From Octopus sinensis (taxonomy: Eukaryota), in the NCBI RefSeq assembly GCF_006345805.1, contig NC_043010.1, positions 30,504,001 through 30,568,000 on the forward strand: a stretch of DNA of 64,000 bases, in the 5' to 3' direction. How positions within the stretch are numbered: the first letter of the stretch is position 1; each line of letters opens with the position of its first letter. This document shows positions 40,728 to 54,117 of this stretch, one piece after another. The notes under the pieces were generated by a model, which saw only the letters and a list, made by a program, of their open reading frames with translations, had not been told where the DNA came from and ran no database searches. The translations under genes and the position numbers were made by a program.

Positions 40728-41183
40728 AGGCACGTGGCAGAATCGTTAGCAAGCCGGGCAAAATGTTTTGCGGTATTTCGTCTGCCGCTATGTTTTGAGT
40801 TCAAATTCCGCCGAGGTCGACTTTGTCTTTCATCCTTTCGGGGTCGATTAAATAAGTAGCAGTTACGCACTGGGGTCGATATAATCGACTTAATCCTTTT
40901 ATCTGTCCTTGTCTGTCCCTTCTGTGTTTAGCCCCTTGTGGGAGTAAAGAAATAGAAATTGGTATTTCGTCTGCCGTTACGTTCTGAGTTCAAATTCCGC
41001 CGAGGTCGACTTTGCCTTTCATCCTTTCGGGGTCGATAAATTAAGTAAATTAAGTACCAGTGCTTCACTGGGGTCGATGTAAGCGACTTAATCCATTTAT
41101 CTGTCCTTGTTTGTACCCTCTGTGTTTGACCCCTTGTGGGTAATAAAGAAATCGGTATTTCGTCTGCTGCTATGTTCTGAGTT
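40728..41183 (+). mobile_element. SINE-B multimer (full unit, headless unit, partial third unit)
   Basis: Junctions at 40951-40965 and 41148-41160. Confidence 0.88.
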
Positions 41184-41393
41184 CCATGACAGTAGATAAA
41201 TTTTCAATTCCACAACGTATTTATAGACGCTTCATGCAGGCATTGCATGGGTTCAATACTCGATTGCCAAATTTCACTTAACACTTCAACAACGCTTTTC
41301 TCACGGTAAAACAATAGTTTTTTTGTTTTTTTCTGTGAATGACAGCAGATATACATTTCCCAGATGCCTTTGCTGAGCAAAATAATGTTTTTG

Positions 41394-41483
41394 CCTCTCG
41401 CCAACCTCCGACAACCTCTCTCGCCAACCTCCGACAATCTTTCTCGCCAATCTCCGAAAACCTCTCTCGTCAACCTCCAACAA
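41394..41483 (+). repeat. 23-bp minisatellite x4
   Basis: CCTCTCTCGCCAACCTCCGACAA-like units. Confidence 0.85.
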
Positions 41484-41674
41484 TCTCTTCCTCCTCCAGC
41501 TGATAGGTTTTTGTACTCTTTCGTGACGGAAAATACACCTTTTGTGGCAGTTATAATGAAATTGCTTTCTTATATCAGAGTAATAAGGCGTTTCAATAGA
41601 ACATCTTTACCCCCGGGGATTACCGGGTACACCAGCTTGTATATATATATTATAAAATATATATATATTATATA

Positions 41675-41718
<44 letters not shown>

Positions 41719-42035
41719 CACACACACGTATTTTGTGTATGTATGCGTCTGTTAAAGTACGTGTTAATGAGCGTTTTCACGTACAATCATACATTTTTAT
41801 CTCGACTACTGTCAAAGTTTTCCTTGTGAAAATAAATTGTGTATGTATGTAGCATGTTTGAATACGTTTACGTAAACAAAGGCGTTAATGCAAATGAAAA
41901 TCATAAATAAATCCGTACATACATATATTATACTCCCATACAGCCATATATATGGATATAATTTTACATTTTTCATACACTCAGTTTTGTATGTAAGGAA
42001 AAATAAATATCTCCTCCCTCTCTCTCACATTCACA

Positions 42036-42066
<31 letters not shown>

Positions 42067-42442
42067 TGTAGTATGTATGTATGTATGTATGTATGTATGC
42101 ATGTATGTATGTATGTATGTATGTATGTATGTATGTATGTATGTATGTATGTATGAATGTAGGTGTTGTGTTCGTGTGCGATTCTGCGTATACGTATAGT
42201 ATTCATGCGCCTTCGGTTGTGACTATCTCTGCAATTACTGCTCTTATCGCCAAGATAAGATGTATATGTTCCTCTCTCTCTCTCTCTCATTCTCTCTCTG
42301 TTTGTGTGTGTATGTGTGTATAAATATATTTACACACACACATACGCACGCACGCACACATACACACACACGCGCACATATATATATATATACACATATA
42401 TACACACACATATATACACACACACATATACATAAGTATATC

Positions 42443-42478
<36 letters not shown>

Positions 42479-43094
42479 GTGAATATACACACATACATAT
42501 ATGTGCATAAACACACACACACACACATATACATATATATACATCGTATATGTACCATAAATCTGTTAAGTAAGTCAAAAAATGATTCATTGTATCGTAC
42601 AGCTTCCTCTTTTACCCCTCTTTCGCTTTCTTCTCTCTCTCTCTCTCTCTCTCCCTCTCTCGCACTTCTCTCTCTCTTTCACTCTTTCTCTAACAACTCA
42701 TATAGTACTTCTATTATATAGTCTCTAATTATAAGAAATATGACTGTTAAACTCTCCTTTACAAACACATTTATTTGGGACATGCTATATATTATATATA
42801 TATATATATATATTCGCGCGCGCGCTGATATCGAACATTGAGAATGAGAGCTCAACACGCATTGGTGGGTAAATATTATTAATTTTTGAGTTAACAAATC
42901 AATCGTTGCTTTCATGCTGCGAATTTCCACTATTACCAAACCTGTCACGTGTGACGTTGGCACTCGTCTTCAAGGTGGAGACGGCTAACAACGTCCCATG
43001 TGGCAGACTTGATAATTACTGAGCGTTCTCGGCACGAGTCCAATGAATGTTCCATTTATTATATGCATACATACATACATACATACATATATGT

Positions 43095-43340
43095 ATGAGT
43101 GGGTGTGTGGTAAGTAGCTTGCTTACCAACCACATAGTTCCGAGTTCAGTCCCACTGCGTGGCACCTTGGGCAAGTGTTTTCTACTATAGCCTCGGGCCG
43201 ACCACAGCCTTGTGAGTGTATTTGGTAGACGGAAACTGAAAGAAACCCTTCGTATATATATGTATATATATATGTGTGTGTGTGTGTGTTTGTGTGTCTG
43301 TGTTGTCCCCCTCCCCAACATCGCTTGACAACCGATGCTA
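43095..43340 (+). mobile_element. SINE-A, 3' truncated
   Basis: Head, CORE-like domain and start of tail. Confidence 0.85.
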
Positions 43341-43357
43341 TATATATATATATATAT

Positions 43358-43391
<34 letters not shown>

Positions 43392-44394
43392 ATATATATC
43401 GTTTTTGTTTATTTTGTACTACAAATACATAGTACTCGATACATCATTGTGGTTAGAAGTGTGTTGATTCTGTTTTGTGTTGTATGTGTCAGGTAAACTG
43501 AGATCACGTTTCCTGGTCACTGTTTTGCTCAATCAGCCTCTCGTTTAATTTTGTACGTCAGTCAATTGAAAAGTAATTAGTATTAAAAGGTGTAATCAAT
43601 GTAAATTCCAAAGAGACTTCCTTTTCGAGTGATCATATCAACACTAAAGCTAAGTATCATTTATTATGCATCAGACGTTTCTTCTGTGGAATTTCCGAGA
43701 AAGTATTTTGACATGTACCGGCGACAGGAAATTATTTCAGCTAGAATGGCTGATGATGCCAACTTTTTCTGTAAAATTGACATCATAGAACATCAATTCG
43801 TTGTTAAATGTTCCTATTTTATCGAATGTTTCTTTTACTGGAGTTGAATTTTCTTCAATTTCTTTTAATATAGAAGATATATGAATGAGTCGCAGTAATT
43901 CTGTCTATATCTTTTCAAACAATCGCATTAAGTTATTTGTTACTACAGAGCTCAAAGTGTATAATTTGTGTGATACATTAGAAGTGTATATCGGTGTCTG
44001 TATGTGGATATATACTTAGTTCCCAGATACATCTCACAGATAATCTGGAATGCATCCTTGATGAAGCTTCCGGGAGCCTATGTAGAGGGGGTCGGATCTT
44101 TCAACATCAGACCCCTTCACGTATTTGATCCAGCTGGGATTGATCAATTTCCCAGATTTCATCCCAGCAGCAGTAAATTGTTGGTCTACTCTCTTTATCC
44201 AAAGTCACCTAGTGGCGTTCTCTTTAACTTCAATAGTAGAATCTGAGGCCCTCATCTTTGCTACACTAGTAACCTTAAGCCCAATCATAAATACATACAT
44301 ACAGACAGACAGACAATCTGTGAGTAAAGCTAGAGTGACAAAAAATACTTCAGCAGACTTCGAAAGTCAGAGCTGCCAATATTATTATTGAATT

Positions 44395-45620
44395 AAACTA
44401 TATCCCATAATAATTTCGCAGTGATAGTGCTAGTACCAACATTTGGGATACTTGACTGGTTATTTGAAGAAATCCGCGACTTAGACATCAGAACTAGGAA
44501 AATACTAATATGACTGGTAACTTCTAGATCAACAATGATACTAACAGGGCGGGATGGAGGAAAATGTATAAGATCAACCCAAACAACCATTGAGTGCCAC
44601 AACGTGTCACTTAGACAACACGTAGTAAAAAGTAAGGAGGGAAATTAGTACATCACGAGTATACTCAACAGTGAAGGAAATAACAACGCAAGACTAGGCG
44701 AAGAATTCCAATACAAGTATTGTTAGTGTACAGCTGAACTATGTAACCTACTTAAATACAGACTTGGAAGAGAAATGCTCATCATACCAGCAGAAAGTTA
44801 TGCATAGTTTAAAAATGCTAGAGAACGCCAGCGACTTTGACAGGTATAGTAACCTTTCCTGCATCTCATCTTAAAAGCTATGCCTTTGCTATCCAAGAAC
44901 GTGAGATACCACCTAGATACCTAAATAATAAAAGGGATACAGATGACTCTAAACCCTCACGCTGTGATGTTAAGTGTGGATCATGCTATACCGTTGTGGA
45001 AGATACCACTCGTATCATCAGTTGCTGTCCAAAATTGTTTACAAGATACCACCTTCCCAAAAGACATGACATTATCGTTAAGATAGTCTACAATACTACA
45101 CAGAGGAAGGATTGTCCTGGTGGCCAACTCAAAGACACACCATAACCAGAAAGTATCAACACCGCCAAACAATAAAGAATGCTGGTGGAACATTCCCATA
45201 AATACAGCATCCCGATGTAAGTACAACAGGCTAGTTATAGTTGAATAGGACAGGGAACAAAAGTTGCGCACCGTTCTAGAGATCAATTGTTCGGTGAACG
45301 TGAAGGTTTCTCAAAAAATTGAGGAAAAAAACATCTATAAAAGAATGATGAGAAACCTACAGCTCTTATATCCACGCTAAAGAATATTATTTGTTCTTTT
45401 TTTCATAGCTGTAATGGGCTACGTAGTCAAATATTTGCATAGAATCCTATATATGCTTGGGTTCTCTCAAAAAAAAGAACAGAACAGAACAGATTGATTT
45501 GTATTCTCTAGTTGCAATCTATTACAGGAGCAGTGTGAATTTATAAAGCGTTTCAGAGATTCTCCATTGGAGGTTCCTCATGAATAAATGCACATAATCA
45601 TGTATACATATGGAATACAT
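44395..45620 (+). mobile_element. Older R4/Dong-clade LINE fragment
   Basis: NNFAVIVLVPTFGILDW..EEIRDLDIRTRKIL; GRDGG; LKSYAFAIQEREIPPRY; knuckle CGSC...TTRIISCC; RHDIIVKIVYN; many stops and frameshifts. Confidence 0.8.
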
Positions 45621-46664
45621 ATGGATATAATTCATAAACAGTAATGAAACACACTTATGTTCTTTTGTGACATGCACACCCACAAGTGCAAGTATATCCA
45701 CAAGTACACACATAACATATACATCAACCAGTGCAGACAACCACAAACCCCAAGAGTCGTTGTGACTTAAACAAAAGAGCTGTGTCATTTTGTTAGTGAC
45801 CGACTTGAATTTTGAAAAGGTACTAACTTAAAGTGCCTGTGTAGGTGTGGTAAGCGTGTATGTCTTGTGTGTGTACGTTTATGTTTAGGAGTCTGTGTGC
45901 ATATGTCTGTGTGTCTTACTGCTGCACACAAGCATCTCTTTCTTACTCTCTCTTCAGTTTCTCTCCGTCAGGCATTTGACACTTTTCTCTGTATCTCTTC
46001 CTCTTCCACAATGTTTTCTATCTTCCTTGTTTCTCTTCTTCCTCCTACTCCTACTCTTACTGCTATTACTACGAAAATTTTACGTAATAGTCTTAGTTTT
46101 GAAAAGCTGTTCCATCTCTAATACGTAGGCTATACTCAATCTCCTCAATTTTGAATATTTGCCCTAAATATTTTATTGAGCACCTTTAACAAAGATTTGC
46201 CTTCTTTTGGACATATTTGTATACACATTAAGTTAAATAAACACGTATATGTGTATATGTTTGCAGTATGGAATGCGTTTCATTATTATCTTAATTTTAT
46301 TTTCACAAATATGTTTAATCTCAGAATAGTTCAGATAATTATTTTTTAAAATTCACCTTCGAGCCATGGCTAACACCGCTTTTTCTCGGGACACATCAAC
46401 AGCAGAAAGTACGAAGTGATTTTTTTGTTGAGTAGAATAAAAATCAGCAACTTCTAACTCAGGAATTGCGTGCACCTGTCGGAGAAGAACTGATGAGGAA
46501 TGTTACAAGAATGTCAGATTTAGTGTAATTTCGACGGAAGATAATGAATACATTAATTAATAAATATTTCTGTCGTATAATTAACAAAGCCCCCTCTACT
46601 AGATTCGTCAGCAATTTGTTGTTACTGCCATTACGCTTCCGACACGCACGCACACACACGCACG

Positions 46665-46708
<44 letters not shown>

Positions 46709-46821
46709 TATGTGTATGTATAATATACACACAATACACTAGAATACATGTGTGTCTGTTAATGTATAAACAGATAAACAGATAATTATATATATATATA
46801 TATCTAATATATATATATAAA

Positions 46822-46942
<121 letters not shown>

Positions 46943-47437
46943 TATGTATATGTATATTTGTATGTATGTATGTATGTATGTATGTATGTATTTATGTATG
47001 TATTATGCATAGAAGTAGGAAAACAAGTATGTATGTCGGTAGGTAGATTGATGAGTGGGTACGAACGTACATATGAGATGCAATAATTCGTGTTAGCGGG
47101 CTGGTGTACACCCATTTCATGCGATGATAATACATAAATGCATACTTACTCGCAAACACGCACATCTGTTCTTCATATAATTGCACATGTGTGCCTTTGT
47201 AAATCATATGTGTACTTTATGCAAAAATGCGTACATGATAAAAATATAACTTCCTCATTTCATCATAATTCGCGACTGTTCACTGCTTTAAATACAAAGA
47301 AATCTGCAATGGTTGGCAAAATGAAACTTTTGACATCGAGTCAAAAATTCTTTAGCGAAAATTGAAAGATTCGCAATCTTGCATAATAATGATACTACTA
47401 CTACAACAACAACAACAACTACTACTACTACTACTAC

Positions 47438-47498
<61 letters not shown>

Positions 47499-47512
47499 AA
47501 GAAGAAGAAGAG

Positions 47513-47712
47513 AGTAGATCAGGCCCCAAAAAACTGCTCTGTTGTGGATAGCTAGGGTTTTGTTATTGGTACTTGGGTATTGAATGTCTTCCACGATAAT
47601 TAACGTCCAATTATCAAAGCTTATAATGTGCGGAAAGAGACCCTGTGAGACCTCACAATCAACCAGAGCAAACAAGACCGAGCGCTCTGAGAAGTAAAAC
47701 AATAATAATAAA
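47513..47712 (+). mobile_element. Short 3' end of a second R4/Dong family in a (TAA)n array
   Basis: QKTALLWIARVL..VL matches the Dong C-terminal LQKTALLGTARIL pattern; preceded by (TAA)n(GAA)n and ends AATAATAATAAA. Confidence 0.65.
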
Positions 47713-48498
47713 TAAATAAACAAATGCTACAAGTATACTAATTTATACGTTTACGTCACATGATATTTATAGTAATTTCTTTAATTATAAGCATAGATGA
47801 TGTTCAGTGTGATATTGGACTGTACTAGAGAGGAATCGGGCGGTCTACATGCTACTGGTTGAGTAGTTAAAATTATTTATAGTTTTCATGTCATGTGATA
47901 GAAGGTAATAATACTGTTAGCGTGTCAAATAAAACGTTATCAAATAAATCTCTCAGTTGATAGCTAGATTCGGTGAAACTCATTTGGTGTAAACAGTAAC
48001 ACGATCACCGGACAAATGATAGAAGCGTGGTGTGAGCGGGGTGCTGATATCTGTATTGTTTTTCTCCTTTGACTTGCATCTATAATTATCATATGTGTCT
48101 GTGTGCACGCGTGTGTGTGTGTGTGTGTATATTTGTGTGCAACGTTACGTACGTTTCGGTGAACGAACGTCATTTATTTCACATTACATAGAAGTAGATA
48201 GTGATTCAAATTATAATCTCGGAAGAAATGAATGAACACTAAATTACATAACTCTTTTCTCTTTACTCTTTTACTCTTTTACTTGTTTCAGTCATTTGAC
48301 TGCGGTCATGCTGGAGCACCGCCTTTGGTCGAGCAAATCGACCCCAGGACTTATTCTTTGTAAGCCTAGTACTTATGCTATCGGTTTCTTTTGCCGAACC
48401 GCTAAGTTACGGGGACGTAAACACACCAGCATCGGTTGTCAAGCGATGTTGGGGTGACAAACACAGACACGCAAACATACACGCACATACATACATAA

Positions 48499-48523
<25 letters not shown>

Positions 48524-48530
<7 letters not shown>

Positions 48531-48829
48531 AGATCACGTGACCGACCAGACCATCAGATGTTGTTACACATCGCTGGTCACAATGCATTCGCATTGTTTT
48601 AGCCTTTGAATGACGCCACCCCGCTGGCTAAGCGAACAGGCCAACAGTAGAAAGAGTGGTGAAAGAGTGGTGAAAGAGTACAGCAGGGATCACCACCCCC
48701 TGCCGGAGCGTCGTGGAGCTTTTAGGTGTTTTCGCTCAATAAACACTCACAACGCCCGGTCTGGGAATCGAAACTGCGATCTTACGACCACGAGTCCGCT
48801 GCCCTAACCACTAGGCCATTGCGCCTCCA
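48524..48829 (-). mobile_element. SINE-C with a third type of 3' tail
   Basis: Head/body shared down to ~48649; tail ends GGTCACGTGATCTCACGTGA. Confidence 0.85.
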
Positions 48830-48889
48830 TATATATATAGTGGTTAGGGCAGCAGACTCGTGGTCGTAAGATCGCGGTTTCGATTCCCA

Positions 48890-50130
48890 CCCCCAGCAGT
48901 TAAAAAATGTGCACGCCCAAACTGTGGCTCCTGCCTCTTCCTACTTCAAGGCTCTGAATTTATCTTCAAACAAGGAACGAAGTTTAAAATCAAGACTAAC
49001 TTCTCCTGTTCCTCCGAGAACCTTATCTACGTTCTCACATGCGCTGGTTGCCAACATAATTATGTTGGACAAACGAGTCTCCCGTTACGTAAACGAGTAA
49101 CGGTGCATAAAGAACAAATAAATCTCCCGGAATACCGACAAATCCCACTGAGTGACCACATAGACTCATGCGCTAAAGACAAAACCCCAAATTCTACATA
49201 TTCCCCTTCTACCAATGTAAAGACGGGATCACCACACAGGAGAGAATTAACAAGGAGAATCTCTTTATTGAAAATTACAAACGCCACTTAATACGCAAAC
49301 TCCTCGTTGATCATACTTCCTTTTTCTACCTCATTCTTCATGGATGGACTAACACAAATATATAAGGATACCATGGATTCATCACTTCAAGCTAAAACTT
49401 ATATTCTTTAAATATCATTATTATTATTGTTGTTGTTATTACTATCATTTTTATTATACATGACATAACAATCTGAAATGTAATTATAAATTGGTTTATG
49501 CAAATTTATATAATTAGAAAATAATATAAATAAAGTGTTAAAATCTGAATGTTAAGTTAGCAGACAATTATATAAAAAAGATAATACAAATGAAGCTAAA
49601 ATGATAATTTTATAATTTAAGGTCTATTAACACCCTTTATTACAAAAAAATGATAAACACAAATTGAAGAGCTTAAAACCCATAGAGTTGTCTCCCCTTA
49701 TTCACAACACAGGAACTGAAGAACTACTACTACTACTACTTCCTGTTTTACCAACACCCTTAATTAAAATAAACAACACATGGTTTTAATCCCATTGGAT
49801 CCTAATACTTCAAGGTAATTTTTTCGTGAACAATCATTAAACTCAAGATACAAAGACTTTACAATGTATCGGAGTACTTATTTTTTTAATTTTTGTATAT
49901 ATTTATTATTATTTTTTTGCAAAAAACATTGTAATTTTCTTTTTTTCCCCTCCGCACTTAAAAAATTTTTTTTTTTCCTTTACAATTCTTGAAAAGTCAC
50001 ATTATGACGAAAACCGGTTTGAATTAATATATATTTATATATTTTATCAATTTTTCAAAAACTTTTTCCATACACCCATTTTCATTAAAATTTTCTTTCA
50101 ATTTAGCATTCTGCCTTTTTACAATTTCTC
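48890..50130 (+). mobile_element. 5'-truncated Penelope-like element: GIY-YIG domain and 3' UTR
   Basis: C.RPNCGSC...FSCSSENLIYVLTCAGCQHNYVGQT...RKRVTVHKEQI...LSDHI; after a frameshift FYIFPFYQC...KENLFI; hammerhead fold near the 3' end. Confidence 0.9.
49984..50025 (+). ncRNA. Candidate minimal type-I hammerhead, U3:A8 core variant
   Basis: AAUUC-UUGAAAA-GUCA(CAUUA)UGAC-GAA-AACCGGUU-U-GAAUU; all three stems in register, palindromic stem III. Confidence 0.68.
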
Positions 50131-50183
50131 CTTGCTTATCATTTCTCCACGTGCGGTCAACACAGCCCCACTATTTATTGATC

Positions 50184-50230
<47 letters not shown>

Positions 50231-50694
50231 ATACGACGGGCTTCTTTCAGTTTCCGTCTACTAAATCCACTCACAAGGCTTTGGTCGGCCCGAGGCTATA
50301 GTAGAAGACACTTGCCCAAGGTGCCACGCAGTGGGACTGAACCCGGAACCATGTGGTTGATAAGCAAGCTACTTACCACACAGCCACTCCTGCGCTGTAT
50401 GAAATATGAAATGAATGAATTTCGTTCACCGAAACATATGCACCATTGATTTAACCTCTTTTCCTCAATTAATATCATTGTTATTCACTTTGTGAAGATT
50501 AAAACATGCATATTTGATATAGATGCCTTGAAGTGGCAAAGAGCTCCTTTAATAATTTGCCGAAGTATAACTAATCATCCTTTGGTTAATTAAAACGTGT
50601 AACCTTTACAACACTATTCGGATACTATGTTAGCCAGGCTCCTTTATGAAGTGCTATTAAGGTAATTGCCAAGATTTTACTTATGCCCTCAATT

Positions 50695-50840
<146 letters not shown>

Positions 50841-51689
50841 CATTGCTTCAAATCTTAGAAATGACTAAACAGTGTTAGATCTACTCTTTTATGACATTTA
50901 GTTGTTGTAATTACGCTCCTTTAATATCTAAAAATCAAATCCCGCCGAACTCTTCTTTTGGCTTTCATAACTTCTAAGTTTAACAATGGTTGATCAAAAT
51001 ATAATACCAGTCTTTCTGGCGTCGGATTAATCGTCTATGCACTTTCTCAAAGTGGAACTCATTTAGGGTAAACAGTATCACGATCACCGGACAAGTGATA
51101 GAAGCGTGACTTGAGCGGTGTGCTGATATCTGTGTTGTCTTTCTCCTTTGGTTCGTGGCCGTGTTAAAAATCAACATGATAATAAATTGTACTTGGTCTT
51201 ATGTTGTGAAATGAGTATACACTTCTTCTTCCCCACATCATCAACTATCTTGCTTAAGTTTTAAGATGGCTTAACACTTCAGCGCTCATCTTAGTAATCT
51301 CATCGTTCACGAAAAGAAAGTAGAAGAAAAATAATGAATGATATTAATTATACATTAGTACTAGACGAAATGCATTGCCAATAATACAAGTGCCAATCTA
51401 TACAATAATCTATGACCTTTAGAGGTTCGCTTATGTTCAAGTAGCTGACTAGATGTAATACAACACTTACCGTCACTTAAGTATCAATTAAAGGCCACCA
51501 TCTTGCTTTTAGGGCATATATAAGCATGTAACTGCCAGCGTGATGTGTTTTATACTAAGCCTGTTTGAGTGCTTAACGGTTGCGTATTAACCCAAGTTAC
51601 TTTCTCTTATCTACAATTAGTTCTTGTGTGAAAAAAATGTTTAATGCCAAAATATGAGACATGCCAAGTTAAAAGAGCTAATAGAGTCC

Positions 51690-51900
51690 TCATCTTCCTT
51701 CTTCTTCTTCTTCTTCTTCTTCTCCCCCTTCTTCTCTTCTTCTTCTTCTTCTTCTTCTCCCTCTTCTTCCTCCACTTCCTCTTCTTTCTCTCTCCGCCTC
51801 TTCTACACCATCTTCCTCCTCCTCCTCCTCCTCCTCCTCCTCTTCCTCATCTCCTACCTCCTCTTCCTTTTCATCTTTCTCCTCCTCTTCCTCCTCATCG
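51690..51900 (+). repeat. (CTT)n/(CCT)n polypyrimidine tract
   Basis: Seen directly. Confidence 0.95.
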
Positions 51901-52280
51901 TCATCGCCTACCTGAGAATTTTAACTCCTTTCACTTGGCATGCTTCATATTTTGGCATTAACATAGAATTGTTTTCTTTTTTATTTAACACACAAAATTC
52001 AACTGTAGTTAAAATAAGACCAGTTGGCTAAACGCCGCATGTTATTAGAAGACAACAAAGTCGAAGTAAAAGAGCCTGCCTTCAAGCAAACCGTAGATAA
52101 AATGATAATGAGATAAAGTTGACCTACTCCACATATCTGATAGGAACCTGATAGAAAACTACAAAATGACAACAATGCAACTAGAAAATATTTGGAAGCA
52201 GGCAAAGGAGAACTGGCAAGTGTAATAATAAAACTTAAACCCTTCTACATATACACGACTACACGCGCGCACTCACATGC

Positions 52281-52361
<81 letters not shown>

Positions 52362-52595
52362 GAAAGAGAGTGTAACAATGAAGTACTAGAAACTACGTCG
52401 ACGAAGAATTTTTAGATAAGTAGAAACAGGTGAAGAGGTTAAAACAACAATCCAAGACAAAATCAAACCAGAATTCCAAAATATTTTTATAGCAAAAGAT
52501 GAAAAGAAAAGCCATTCACTCGCGTGATGGAACAAATACAATGACACGCATACACAAACATACAGACACACGCACCCACGTATGTGTGTATATAC

Positions 52596-52959
52596 GACAG
52601 GCTTCCACGCAGTTCTCGTCTACCAAGTTCATTCACAAAGCATTGGTCATCCTGGGGCTAGAGTAGAAGACACTTGCCCAAGGTGCTGTGCATTGGGACT
52701 AAACTTGAAACCATATGGTTGCAAAGTGAGCTTCTTGACTACACAGCTCTTTTGCTCTTTTACTTGTTTCAGTCATTTGACTGCGGCCATGCTGGAGCAC
52801 CGCCTTTAGTCGAACAAATCGACCCCAGGACTTATTCTTTATAAGCCTAGTACTTATTCTATCGGTCTCCTTTGCCGAACCGTTACGTTACAGGGACATA
52901 AACACACCAGCATCGGTTGTCAAGCGATGTTGGTGGCGGGGGGTGGGAGACAAACACAG

Positions 52960-53054
<95 letters not shown>

Positions 53055-53222
53055 ATTATATATATATATACATATACATATATACGACGGGCTTATTTTC
53101 AGTTTCCGTCTATGAAATCCACTCACAAGGCTTTGGTCGGCCTGAGGCTATAGTAGAAGACACTTGCCCAGGGTGCCACGCAGTGGAACTGAACCCGGAA
53201 CCATGTGGTTGGTAAACAAGCT
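52596..53222 (-). mobile_element. Two adjacent SINE-A copies (old head half, younger near-complete copy)
   Basis: About 52596-52748 and 52750-53222. Confidence 0.85.
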
Positions 53223-53439
53223 ATGCTTACAATATATGTCTACTTTGTTGCCCACACGTGATTATCTTTAACGGTTGCCCCAGTCCTTGTCAGGCGCGTA
53301 TATGGTCACAAAGACCATAGAGTTGTTTGTTTATTCACTGAGAAATATACCGACACTTTTGCATAAAAACGGGTCAGTGGTTTAAGCATGTTCCAAACAG
53401 GTATTACTACATTAGCATCATAGCCGTTAAGCACTTGAC

Positions 53440-53576
53440 TGTGTGAGAGGAAGCTTGGTTCTCAACCACTTGCTTCCAGGTTTGGTCCCACTGTGTGGCA
53501 CCTTGGTCGAGTATCTTCTCCTAGAGCCTCAGGCTATGATGAATCTGGTGGACAGAAACTGAAAGAAGCTCGTCCT

Positions 53577-53623
<47 letters not shown>

Positions 53624-53890
53624 TCTGTGTGTGTGTGTGTGTGTGTGTATGTGTGTGTCTGTGTCCGTGTGTATGTGTGTGTGTGTATTTGATCCCCACC
53701 TGCGCTTGACAACCAGTGTCGGTGTGTCAGTGTGTTTACACTCTGTAACTTAACGGTTCGATAAAAGATACCTGTAGAATAAAGTACCAGACGTTAAAAA
53801 AAAGTACCGGGTTCGATTCATTCCACTAAAACTTCTTCAAGGCGGTGCCCCAGCATGACCGCAATCTAATGATTGAAATAAAAGATAATA
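53440..53890 (+). mobile_element. Old SINE-A
   Basis: Head, TG array and tail recognisable. Confidence 0.8.
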
Positions 53891-53919
53891 GATAATGCAG
53901 TATATGTGATATTGTGGTG

Positions 53920-53940
53920 GTGTTGGTTGTTGTTGTTAGT

Positions 53941-53984
<44 letters not shown>

Positions 53985-53997
53985 ATAGCAGCAGCAC

Positions 53998-54072
<75 letters not shown>

Positions 54073-54077
54073 TAGTA

Positions 54078-54117
<40 letters not shown>

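Larger units (their letters stand above)
48255..50395 (-). mobile_element. SINE-A split by nested insertions
   Basis: Tail half at 48255-48500, head half at 50230-50395. Confidence 0.8.

Noticed and set aside
41394-41483. Short regularly spaced repeats (also 951-1213, 18777-18860)
   Set aside because: Tandem units without unique spacers and no cas genes, in a eukaryotic context; not CRISPR.
46490-46540. Perfect CTGATGAG
   Set aside because: No downstream stem II plus GAAA.
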